Position numbers and translations under genes: made by a program. DNA of 24,000 nucleotides from Christensenellaceae bacterium (GTDB taxonomy: Bacteria; Bacillota; Clostridia; Christensenellales; CAG-138), in contig OY762278.1 of the NCBI GenBank assembly GCA_963665515.1, positions 383,423 through 407,422 of the forward strand. The letters run 5' to 3'. The notes under the pieces were generated by a model, which saw nothing but the letters and a program-made list of their open reading frames with translations, did not search any database and was not told the origin of the DNA. Shown here one piece after another: positions 1-7,911 of the stretch. Within the stretch, counting starts at the first letter, position 1. Every line of letters begins with the position of its first letter.

Positions 1-356
1 CCGAACATGGAGATCTGTTAGAAATCGACGATTTTCGAACATCCGATACAGCATTCTACGAGTTGTCTTATGGGTTCGGCATGACGGACGAACAAAACGG
101 TGTGGAGTATACATACAGCCGTTCGTTCTTGCACTATACGATCACGCAAAAAGTAAACGGTGAGGAAAGCGGATTTTTCGAAATGCCGAAAAAGGACTTT
201 ATCTGGAACTTAATCGCAAATCTTTGCAAGTTATTGGTTTCTGTCGGCCTCATAATGTTTCTATTTAAATTCTGGCGGCTTTATCACACGGAACTCGTCA
301 AACGCGCAGATGCCAAACTTGCCGGGCACGGGAGTGATCGACAAGCATTAAAATAG
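1..356 (+). CDS. Paralog 1 of a tandem two-TM membrane protein family (5' end cut by the window edge)
   Basis: Frame 3 is open from the window edge. EHGDLLEIDDFR...YGFGMTDEQNGVEYTYSR aligns with the C-terminal half of the two downstream paralogs. There is a C-terminal hydrophobic helix (LLVSVGLIMFLF) and a TAG stop at 354-356. The ORF track shows only the TTG-initiated tail 63..356. Confidence 0.75.
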   Translation, partial: EHGDLLEIDDFRTSDTAFYELSYGFGMTDEQNGVEYTYSRSFLHYTITQKVNGEESGFFEMPKKDFIWNLIANLCKLLVSVGLIMFLFKFWRLYHTELVKRADAKLAGHGSDRQALK

Positions 357-377
357 TCAATCTCAGGAGTTTCAAGA

Positions 378-1031
378 ATGGTAATCGATCTTACAAAGCG
401 TCCAAAATTATTTCTTGTGTTATTTATAATAGGCACTTTGGCATTCTGCTCCATGTTTCTGTTGACAGCCCAATATGCCAGCGGAAACGCACATGCGTTC
501 CCGGAATCGTTTGCGGTGGACAGTCAACAGCGCCTATATCTGCTCTTCGGCAGCGGCGGTTATGTCGTGTCAGACGAACAATTTGAACACATACTACCAT
601 CCTATGACCGAAGCAAAACGCTATGGATATCAGATGATAACCTGCTTTCCTATGCACGCAATAACCATATAACGGTATACGATCTCAATCAAAGTGATCC
701 CGAACATGGAGATTTGTTAAAAATTGACGATTTTCGTGCGGATGACGAATCATTCTATGGTTCGTCCTACGGATTCGGCATGACCGATGAACAAAACGGC
801 GTTCAGTATACCTATAGCCGCACATTGTTCCGTTACACGATTACGCAGGAGCAAAACGGTGAACAAAGCGTGTTTTTCGAAATGCCGCAAAAGGACTTTG
901 TCTGGAATTTAGTTGTCGCGTTTTCCATCGTGGTGTTCGCCGCAGGTATCCTGATATTCCTGCTAATTAATATGAGTCATAGTGATGCAAAGCCAAACTT
1001 GCCGGGCACGGGAGTGATCGCCAAGCATTAA
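378..1031 (+). CDS. Paralog 2, hypothetical bitopic (N- and C-terminal TM) membrane protein, 217 aa
   Basis: ATG 378 is preceded by AGGAG at 365-369. N-terminal TM LFLVLFIIGTLAFCSMFLL, a roughly 150-aa soluble core, and C-terminal TM LVVAFSIVVFAAGILIFLL. I recognise no family. Confidence 0.85.
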   Translation: MVIDLTKRPKLFLVLFIIGTLAFCSMFLLTAQYASGNAHAFPESFAVDSQQRLYLLFGSGGYVVSDEQFEHILPSYDRSKTLWISDDNLLSYARNNHITVYDLNQSDPEHGDLLKIDDFRADDESFYGSSYGFGMTDEQNGVQYTYSRTLFRYTITQEQNGEQSVFFEMPQKDFVWNLVVAFSIVVFAAGILIFLLINMSHSDAKPNLPGTGVIAKH

Positions 1032-1057
1032 AATAGTCAATCTCAGGAGTTTCAGCA

Positions 1058-1726
1058 ATGGTAGTCCACATCGACAAATTACCAAAAACATTCTATTATC
1101 TGTTCGCGGTTTTATCCGCTTTGGCAATTGGTTTGGTTTTGCCTGTTTCGCAGTATGCAAGCGGGAAGGCGCACGCGTTTCCGGAATCTTTCGCAGTGGG
1201 CAATCAACAGCGCCTATATCTGCTCTTCGGCAGCGGCGGTTATGTCGTGTCGGACGGACAATTTGAACGCATTTTGCCATCCTATGACCAGCGCAAAACG
1301 CTATGGATATCGGATGATAATCTGCTTTCCTATGCACGCAATAACCACATAACGGTATACGACCTCAACCAAAGTGATCCGGAACATGGAGATTTATTCA
1401 GAATTGACGATTTTCGTGCACTCGACGAATCGTTTTACGATTCATCCTACGGATTCGGCATGACCGATGAACAAAACGGCGTTCAGTATACCTATAGCCG
1501 CACATTGTTCCGTTACACGATTACGCAGGAGCAAAACGGTGAACAAAGCGTGTTTTTTGAGATGCCGCAAAAGGATATCGCGTGGGGAGTCATAACATTT
1601 CTCCATATCGTTTTGATCTGTGCGCTTCTGATAGGAAGTCTGATATACATCTACCGCTATGCGGCAAAGCACCCGGAGATTAAGCAGCGTGTCGTATATC
1701 CCTGGCAAAAGCGAAAAAAACGCTGA
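1058..1726 (+). CDS. Paralog 3, hypothetical bitopic membrane protein, 222 aa
   Basis: ATG 1058 is preceded by AGGAG at 1045-1049. The core is about 90% identical in nucleotides to paralog 2, with a 113-bp exact block (1445-1557 = 765-877). The N- and C-terminal TM helices differ, and a terminator follows. Confidence 0.85.
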   Translation: MVVHIDKLPKTFYYLFAVLSALAIGLVLPVSQYASGKAHAFPESFAVGNQQRLYLLFGSGGYVVSDGQFERILPSYDQRKTLWISDDNLLSYARNNHITVYDLNQSDPEHGDLFRIDDFRALDESFYDSSYGFGMTDEQNGVQYTYSRTLFRYTITQEQNGEQSVFFEMPQKDIAWGVITFLHIVLICALLIGSLIYIYRYAAKHPEIKQRVVYPWQKRKKR

Positions 1727-1740
1727 TAAATCACCTTTCA

Positions 1741-1769
1741 GCCTCCGCACGGTTTGCGGAGGCTTTTTT
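1741..1769 (+). terminator. Rho-independent terminator of the paralog array
   Basis: GCCTCCGCA (1741-1749), loop CGGTT, TGCGGAGGC (1755-1763), then TTTTTT (1764-1769). Confidence 0.85.
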
Positions 1770-1785
1770 GCGTGAAAAATCCCAC

Positions 1786-1813
1786 TTGCAATGTGGAATC
1801 TTTATGTTATAAT
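1786..1813 (+). promoter_or_regulatory. Sigma-A type promoter for the TetR-SCP2-M24 operon
   Basis: TTGCAA (1786-1791), 16-nt spacer, extended -10 TGtTATAAT (1805-1813). The -35 lies inside the imperfect palindrome CCACTTGCAAtGTGG (1782-1796), a possible operator. Confidence 0.55.
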
Positions 1814-1887
1814 TTAACTAATCGTTTATTTATTCACTTATAATCCTTTCTTGAACAGTCATTCGATCCATTACGAGGTATTCAATT

Positions 1888-2469
1888 ATGCGGAACAAAC
1901 TTGACGAACAGGTGGTTTTAGACGCGGCACTCAAAGTGTTTTCGCAGTACGGCTACAAAAAGTCGACGCTGGAAGACATTGCAAACGAGCTGGAACTGAC
2001 CACGCCCGCCATCTATGCCTACACCAGCGGCAAACGTGACCTTTACGAACAGACTGTGCGCTATGTCATGCTCCGTTGGCAGTATAGCGTCAAACAGGCT
2101 GTCGACGCGCAGGCGACGGCGCGCGCAAAACTCACAGCGCTGTGCGACAGCGCGCTGTACTATCTGGCGAAAGACGCAGAGTTTTGCAGTCTGCTGAAAA
2201 ACGACCCGACGATCTTCCCCATGTTTCCGACCGTCGACCCGTATGAGGAAATCAACGGCGATTCCGTCAGGATGATCGAAAGCATCCTTGCGTTTGGCAA
2301 ACAAACCGGCGAATTCCGCGATCTGGACGAATCCGGCGTTGCCGAGGTGCTGTTCTCCATCTATAAAAACTTTATCATCCACACGTATATCAACTCCGAA
2401 GACGAATACACAAGCCGTTACCTGCCCATCACGCTGGAGCTTATTCTCAACGGCGTTTTAAACGCATAA
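1888..2469 (+). CDS. TetR/AcrR family transcriptional regulator
   Basis: N-terminal HTH signature LDAALKVFSQYGYKKSTLEDIANELELTTPAIYAYTSGKRDLY; 193 aa, typical TetR size; GAGG RBS upstream. Confidence 0.9.
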   Translation: MRNKLDEQVVLDAALKVFSQYGYKKSTLEDIANELELTTPAIYAYTSGKRDLYEQTVRYVMLRWQYSVKQAVDAQATARAKLTALCDSALYYLAKDAEFCSLLKNDPTIFPMFPTVDPYEEINGDSVRMIESILAFGKQTGEFRDLDESGVAEVLFSIYKNFIIHTYINSEDEYTSRYLPITLELILNGVLNA

Positions 2470-2587
2470 ATAAAAACCGACGCACTTTCCTGTTGCACCG
2501 GTTTAAAATAGCGTACCCCGGCGTTCCGACCCGGGGTCAAATCCAACGGCAAATCAAAGTATGCATCATTGAAAGGAGCAACAAATC

Positions 2588-2980
2588 ATGGTCAAGTATC
2601 TTTCCGAAGAATGGCGCGCCGAGGTGGAGAGCAAGCTGAAAGAGCAGCTCACCCCGGAAAAAATGAACAACCTCTCTTCCTCTATGAACAACGTTTATTT
2701 CAAGTGTCCCGACGGCGAATCGCATTATTTCTATGTCGGCTTTAAAGACGGCACCGTAGACAGCGTTCAGGTCGGCGTCGGTCAGGGACCGAAAGCGGAG
2801 TTCACCATTTCCGGCGACTACGACGTGTTCGCAAAGATTTCCCGCGCGGAACTCGGCTCGCAAAAAGCACTGATGGGCGGGCTTTTAAAACTCAAAGGCA
2901 ACATGGTCAAAGCGCTCAAGCTCGCGTCGCTTTCCGACCGGCTCAATAAAATCATCGCGACCATCGAAACCGAGTTTTAA
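2588..2980 (+). CDS. SCP2 (sterol carrier protein 2-like) lipid-binding domain protein
   Basis: 130 aa. The C-terminal pattern ISGDYDVFAKISRAELGSQKALMGGLLKLKGNMVKALKL matches the SCP2 signature (A...G.lk..G). Strong RBS GAAAGGAG. Confidence 0.75.
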   Translation: MVKYLSEEWRAEVESKLKEQLTPEKMNNLSSSMNNVYFKCPDGESHYFYVGFKDGTVDSVQVGVGQGPKAEFTISGDYDVFAKISRAELGSQKALMGGLLKLKGNMVKALKLASLSDRLNKIIATIETEF

Positions 2981-2994
2981 GGAGGGAACGAATC

Positions 2995-4209
2995 ATGTTT
3001 GGCAAATCAAGCCCGTATTATATCGACTTCCCCGCCCGCATCAAGGCCATCCAAAAAGGCATGGCGGAAGAAAAGATCGACCTCTACCTCGGTTCGCGGC
3101 TGCGCACCACAAGCTGGACGACGGACGCGTTCTTCCCGTGGCGCAGTTTCATCGTTATCCCGGCGGACGGCCTTCCGACCGCGTTCACGTTCGTTATCGA
3201 CGCGGCGCGCGCGGCGGACGACAGTTGGCTGGACGAAGACCACGTCCTCGGCTTTGCACCTATGGGCGGACAGGACCAGATCACACAGATTTCCGACCTC
3301 ATCAAGGAATACCTGCCGCATGGCGGGCGCGTCGGCGTTGAAGCCGGCATGTCCAACTACCTGCCGGAAGGTTACCTGACCTACTATGAATACAAGGCGT
3401 TTGAAGAAGCGTTGCCGGACTGCACGCTCGTCAACGCGCACGCGATCGTCGACCGCCTGCAGATGATCAAGGATATCGGCACGATCAACCGCTTCCGCGA
3501 AGCGTCCCGCATCGTCGACGTCGGCCACGAAGCGGTGCTCGCCGCACTCAAGAACGGCGGCTGGAAAGGCATGACGGAAACCGAAATCGCCGGCCTTGCC
3601 GGATACGCCATGCGCAAAGCAGGCAGTACCTGGGAATGGTCGTTCACAGGCGGCAACGAGATTGCCTGCGGATACCGCACCGGCCTTGCGGGCGGTGCCT
3701 GCACACCGGCGACCACAAAGAAAGTGGAAGCGGGCGAACCCTTGATGGTTGACATTCACGCGCTGTTTGGCCTGGCCTGCGGCGACCATAGCCACAACTA
3801 TCTCATCGCGCCCGCAAGCGATCGCCAGCTCTGGCACGCAAAGAATTTTGTGGACATGGTCGATTTGACACTGAAAACCTATAAAGCGGGCGTCTCGCCG
3901 TCCTCGCTGGCGGAAGAGATGATGGCGTTTGCCGAAGACCGCGGCTTTGCGGACTTCATGGTGCCGGGTTTTGAACACGGCATCGGCATGCTCGGCGACG
4001 AATGGCGCATCGGCCGCCACGACGGCCCGTTTGCATACTGGACCGATCCCGACCACGCATATATGGAAAATGAAGTTCTCATCTGCGCCATGCAGTATGC
4101 CTGCCCGGACGAGGACATCGGTTTCCGTTACGAAAACCCGATCCTGATCCAAAAGGATGGCTGCGAATATATGAGCAAATTCCCGCTGGCCATCGAAGTG
4201 ATCGAATAA
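2995..4209 (+). CDS. M24 family metallopeptidase-fold hydrolase (Xaa-Pro aminopeptidase/creatinase-like)
   Basis: Pita-bread fold motifs: VDIH-x8-GDH with the two Asp 11 residues apart, FEHGIGM, and YENPILI. An N-terminal creatinase/prolidase-like domain is present. RBS AAGGAGGG sits 7 nt upstream, 14 nt after the SCP2 stop. Confidence 0.85.
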   Translation: MFGKSSPYYIDFPARIKAIQKGMAEEKIDLYLGSRLRTTSWTTDAFFPWRSFIVIPADGLPTAFTFVIDAARAADDSWLDEDHVLGFAPMGGQDQITQISDLIKEYLPHGGRVGVEAGMSNYLPEGYLTYYEYKAFEEALPDCTLVNAHAIVDRLQMIKDIGTINRFREASRIVDVGHEAVLAALKNGGWKGMTETEIAGLAGYAMRKAGSTWEWSFTGGNEIACGYRTGLAGGACTPATTKKVEAGEPLMVDIHALFGLACGDHSHNYLIAPASDRQLWHAKNFVDMVDLTLKTYKAGVSPSSLAEEMMAFAEDRGFADFMVPGFEHGIGMLGDEWRIGRHDGPFAYWTDPDHAYMENEVLICAMQYACPDEDIGFRYENPILIQKDGCEYMSKFPLAIEVIE

Positions 4210-4231
4210 CCGAATCGATAATCAACAGCAT

Positions 4232-4261
4232 AAAAGCGCAGCCATTCGGCCGCGCTTTTTG
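4232..4261. terminator. Bidirectional terminator between convergent genes
   Basis: AAAAGCGCaGCC-ATTC-GGCcGCGCTTTTT: a hairpin flanked by an A-run and a T-run, lying between the M24 stop (4209) and the FDP stop (4295). Confidence 0.6.
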
Positions 4262-4294
4262 TCTGTTAAAAAACTCGTTGTTTAACGGCTTGGC

Positions 4295-6139
4295 TTACTC
4301 CAGCCGGACGAAAACCTCCGCGCCATGTTTGCACACGGGGCAGATGAAGTCCGGCGGCAAAACGTCGCCCTCGTAGATATACCCGCAGACGGTGCAGAGC
4401 CAACCTTTTTTCTTCTTTTGCTCTTCGGTCGGTTTCGGTTTGATGTTTTTGCGATAATACGCATAGGTGACCGACGGCTCGGACGAAAGCTTTTTCGCCT
4501 CCGTCAGGTCGGCGACAAACAGCGTGTGCGAGCCGTAGTCCACAGCGGAAATCACCTTGCCGCTGATCAGCGCATTCACACCTTCCGTCACGTAAAGCAG
4601 CCCGTTTGTGCTGCGCGCAGTCGCGTCGAACGTCTTAAACTTATCGACGTCCTTGCCGCTGTGCAGGCCAAAGCGCTCGTAAAGATCGAATTTGGAACTT
4701 TCGGTCAAAACCGAAACGTTGAAGATACCGGTTTTAAGGATCATGTCGTGCGTCAGGTTGCCCTTGTTCACGGCGATCGAAATCCGCTTCGGCGTGTTGG
4801 TGATCTGTGTGACCGTGTTGATGATGCAGCCGTTGTCGCGCTCGCCGTCCTTGGCGGTCAACACGAACAGGCCGTAACTGAGGGTAAACAGCGCCGCATT
4901 CTCAATTTCGCCCGCGGCAACTTCCGTTACCTTTGGAACATCGATCGTCGCGGCGATTGCGCCGACCAGCGCATCCATCTCTTCGTTTTGCGAATCCTTA
5001 ATTGCCGAACGGATGGTGACCATGTTGTCGAGGAACTTCATGTTCTTCTGCCCGGCAAGCATTTCTTTCATGAGCTTTCCACTCTGCGGCGCCCACGACC
5101 CGTTTTCAATAAATGCGACCGTACGGTTCTGGATATTGTGCAGTACGAGGTCGCGAAGTAACTCCTCCATCGTAATGAAGATGCCCGCGTTGTAGGTAGA
5201 CGAGGCAAACACAAGATGGCTGTAGCGGAACGCCGACGATACGATCTTGGAAGTTGCGTCGACGGAAACGTCGAACATGGCGACGGTCACGCCCGCATCG
5301 CGCAGACGGCAGGCGAGAATCTCCGCCGCGTTCGCCGTGTTACCGTAGATGGACGCGTACGCGATCAGTACGCCCGTCTCTTCCGGTTCATAGCTGCTCC
5401 AGCGGCGATATTTTTCGATGTATGCGCCAAAGTCCTTGCGGTGTACCGGCCCGTGCAGCGGACAGATCATCTGCGCGTCCAGCGCGCCAACTTTTTTCAG
5501 TGCGGATTGCACCTGCGGGCCATATTTTCCGATGATGTTGGCGTAATAACGCCGCGCTTCTTCCATAAACGCGCTGCCGTAAAAATCCACTTCGTCTGCA
5601 AACAGCGCACCGTTGAGCGCGCCGAACGTTCCAAACGCATCCGCAGAAAACAGGATTTTGTCGGTTTTGTCAAACGTGAACATGACCTCCGGCCAGTGCA
5701 CCATCGGCGCCATGACGAACATGAACTCGTGCCTGCCGGTGGAGAGCGTTTCGCCCTCTTTCACGAGGATGGCGCGCTCGCCGATGTCCTCGTCAAAAAA
5801 CTGCTCGATCATATTCTTCGTCTTTGCGTTGCAGACCACCTTGACTTCGGGATAGTGGCAAAGCAGGTCCATCAGCGTCGCGGAATGGTCCGGCTCCATA
5901 TGCTGGACGACGACATAGTCCAGTTTTCGTTCACCAAGCACATGCGCCACGTTCTCGAAAAACACCTTCCCGATGGCCTTGTCAACGGTGTCAAACAGAA
6001 TGGTTTTTTCATCCATTATGAGATAGGAATTGTAGGAAACGCCGTCCGGAATCGAATAGACTCCTTCAAACAGCATCAGCCTCCGGTCGTCTCCGCCAAC
6101 CCACGTGATATCGTCGGTCACTTTTCTTGTACAGTACAT
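4295..6139 (-). CDS. Multidomain flavodiiron protein: metallo-beta-lactamase-like diiron domain + flavodoxin + flavin-reductase-like domain + rubredoxin
   Basis: Diiron motif HMEPDH (nt 5885-5902). Flavodoxin segment VLIAYASIYGNTANAAE. FMN split-barrel flavin reductase-like segment LSYGLFVLTAKDGERDNGCIINTV. C-terminal rubredoxin CTVCGYIYEG...CPVCKHG (about 4298-4400). Confidence 0.9.
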   Translation of the reverse strand: MYCTRKVTDDITWVGGDDRRLMLFEGVYSIPDGVSYNSYLIMDEKTILFDTVDKAIGKVFFENVAHVLGERKLDYVVVQHMEPDHSATLMDLLCHYPEVKVVCNAKTKNMIEQFFDEDIGERAILVKEGETLSTGRHEFMFVMAPMVHWPEVMFTFDKTDKILFSADAFGTFGALNGALFADEVDFYGSAFMEEARRYYANIIGKYGPQVQSALKKVGALDAQMICPLHGPVHRKDFGAYIEKYRRWSSYEPEETGVLIAYASIYGNTANAAEILACRLRDAGVTVAMFDVSVDATSKIVSSAFRYSHLVFASSTYNAGIFITMEELLRDLVLHNIQNRTVAFIENGSWAPQSGKLMKEMLAGQKNMKFLDNMVTIRSAIKDSQNEEMDALVGAIAATIDVPKVTEVAAGEIENAALFTLSYGLFVLTAKDGERDNGCIINTVTQITNTPKRISIAVNKGNLTHDMILKTGIFNVSVLTESSKFDLYERFGLHSGKDVDKFKTFDATARSTNGLLYVTEGVNALISGKVISAVDYGSHTLFVADLTEAKKLSSEPSVTYAYYRKNIKPKPTEEQKKKKGWLCTVCGYIYEGDVLPPDFICPVCKHGAEVFVRLE

Positions 6140-6222
6140 TGTGTCTTCTGCCCCTTTCCGTATGAATCGCTCTGTTTTAAACTTTTTACCATGTCCACGC
6201 GGTTTTCAATCGCCGCCGCGGG

Positions 6223-7161
6223 TCAGTTTTCATAATCCGTTGCAAACGCGGAAAATCCACTGCTCTGCGTTTGGGTTCCGTCCTGCGAAATCCATAATGC
6301 TTCCACGTCGTCCAGCGACTCGACCAGCGCCATGCCTTCATCCGGCGGCATGCTGAACAGTCCTGTCGTCAGCGCATCCGCCAGTCCCGAATCCACCGTC
6401 AGCACCGACACGGAATCGTAGTATGTCGACGGCATCAGCGTCGCCGGGTCGATAATATGATGGTAATCCACACCGTCCACGGTATAATACCGCTCGTATG
6501 TGCCGCTGGTGACGAGGCTTTGCCCGTCCGCATTCACAACCTTGAGATAGCCGCCCGAATACGGGTCCTGAATGCCGACCTTCCAGTTCGTGCCGTCCGG
6601 TCGCGTGCCGATTGCGCAGACATTGCCGCCCGCGCTGAGCAGCATGGACGTAACGCCCTCACTCTCCATCTGCTCCATCACCTGCTGCACGGCATACCCT
6701 TTTGCAATCGCACCCACATCGATGCGCATGTCCGCATCCGCAAGGTAGAGCGTGCCCGCCGTGCGGTCGATCACGATATCGTCGATATTCGCATGCTCCG
6801 CCGCCTGCTCCAGCAGCGCCATCGGCGGCAGCGCGGCATTGTCCGGGTCGTCCAGCCCGGCCTGACGATAGTCCGCCCAGATGGCGAGTACGTCACCCAT
6901 TGCAATGTTCATTCGACCGTTCGTCAGCGTATCCATATCCTTTGCAAATGCAACAAGGTCAAGGATTTTTTCATCCGCGGCAACGGGAGCGGTTCCCGCG
7001 TTTTCATTGACGGTGTAAAGGTTGTTCATCCCGTCGTATGCATGGTAGATATCGTAAAGCTGGTGATATTCCGTTAAAAGCGCATGTGCTTCTTCTATGT
7101 GTGCGGATGCGGCGTTTTCGCTTGTGTCGTAAATTACAATTGTTGTTACAGTGTCGAACAC
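6223..7161 (-). CDS. apbE: FAD:protein FMN transferase (ApbE family). The true N-terminus probably lies further upstream (see finding).
   Basis: ApbE motifs IDVGAIAKGYAV, LLSAGGNVCAIG, WKVGIQDP and TSGTYERYY..HHIIDP. The track start is GTG 7161, but the same frame stays open to 7287 and encodes a lipoprotein signal peptide (KRTKYQFSIIAIICAAVFLLFGC) with no ATG/GTG/TTG. Confidence 0.85.
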   Translation of the reverse strand: MFDTVTTIVIYDTSENAASAHIEEAHALLTEYHQLYDIYHAYDGMNNLYTVNENAGTAPVAADEKILDLVAFAKDMDTLTNGRMNIAMGDVLAIWADYRQAGLDDPDNAALPPMALLEQAAEHANIDDIVIDRTAGTLYLADADMRIDVGAIAKGYAVQQVMEQMESEGVTSMLLSAGGNVCAIGTRPDGTNWKVGIQDPYSGGYLKVVNADGQSLVTSGTYERYYTVDGVDYHHIIDPATLMPSTYYDSVSVLTVDSGLADALTTGLFSMPPDEGMALVESLDDVEALWISQDGTQTQSSGFSAFATDYEN

Positions 7162-7335
7162 ATCGAAAAAGGTCTGCTCATACCGCCGTGGCTCTTTGGT
7201 CGCCGTGCATCCAAAGAGCAGGAAGACAGCCGCGCATATGATTGCGATTATGCTAAATTGATACTTCGTTCTTTTGTTCCTCCCAATACACTGCGCCTGT
7301 TGGCATTATTCCATGTTTTGTATGGTTTCGCAAGC

Positions 7336-7911
7336 CTAACCTTGTTTTTCACTAGGTTGGACGTTCTGTTTTTCCAGATGCTCTCGCTGTGCATTTTTCC
7401 CGGCGCCATTGCCGCTGTGTTCCAGTCCGCGAAACGTATATTTGGCGATGATGCCGGTCAACGTTCCCGTAATCACAGCCGCAACCAGCAGCACCGGCAG
7501 ATAGGCCAGCACCGCGCGCGTTTCCACCACGAAGCAGGCAACGATCATCTGGCCGATGTTGTGCGCCGCCGCGCCGCATACGCTCACACCGATCACGCTG
7601 ACGCTCTTTATCTTTTTGACCAGTATCATGGTGATCAGGCTCACTACACCGCCTGCGAAGCTATACAGCATGGCCGCAACCCCGCCGAACAAGATACCGG
7701 ACAAGCCGACTTTGAGGATCATCAAAAGCGTTGCGCTTTTTGTATCCAGAAGATACAGCGCATACAGCAATACTGTGTTTGCAAGGCCCAGCTTGATGCC
7801 GGGAATCGCCGTGATCGGGATCAGATGCTCTATGTAGCCGAGTACAAGCGCGACCGCCGTGAGGATACCGAGACGCGTTATCGTATTCACGTCCGTTTGT
7901 CTTGCGCTCAC
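7336..7911 (-). CDS. Gx transporter family membrane protein (Pfam 'heptaprenyl diphosphate synthase component I'-like)
   Basis: 191 aa and polytopic. The sequence TRLGILTAVALVLGYIEHLIPI..IPGIKLGLANTV...LKVGLSGILFGG is characteristic of this family. The GTG start overlaps the upstream stop (GTGA at 7908-7911). Confidence 0.75.
   Translation of the reverse strand: MSARQTDVNTITRLGILTAVALVLGYIEHLIPITAIPGIKLGLANTVLLYALYLLDTKSATLLMILKVGLSGILFGGVAAMLYSFAGGVVSLITMILVKKIKSVSVIGVSVCGAAAHNIGQMIVACFVVETRAVLAYLPVLLVAAVITGTLTGIIAKYTFRGLEHSGNGAGKNAQREHLEKQNVQPSEKQG

Larger units (their letters stand above)
1..1570 (+). repeat. Tandem gene-duplication array, period 680 bp (at least 2.5 units, continuing upstream of the window)
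   Basis: Offset-680 alignment: junction block 312-383 matches 992-1063 (72 bp, 3 mismatches), and core 481-900 matches 1161-1580 at high identity. Confidence 0.9.

Noticed and set aside
424-1337. Antisense ORFs 424..657(-) and 963..1337(-) that are repeated within the tandem array, plus the sense off-frame ORFs 475..672 and 1128..1352
   Set aside because: They recur only because the underlying DNA is duplicated. Their sequences are Arg/Cys/His-rich with no start context, and the in-frame paralog genes explain the region.
3007-4152. Long antisense ORFs opposite well-supported genes: 3007..4152(-), 5216..6235(+), 6457..7077(+), 7084..8001(+), 13839..14972(+), 15996..16760(+), 18161..19765(+), 20974..22893(+)
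   Set aside because: These are shadow ORFs, as expected in GC-rich coding DNA. Their translations are Arg/Ala/His-rich and low-complexity with no motifs or RBS, while the opposite strand encodes clearly recognisable conserved proteins.
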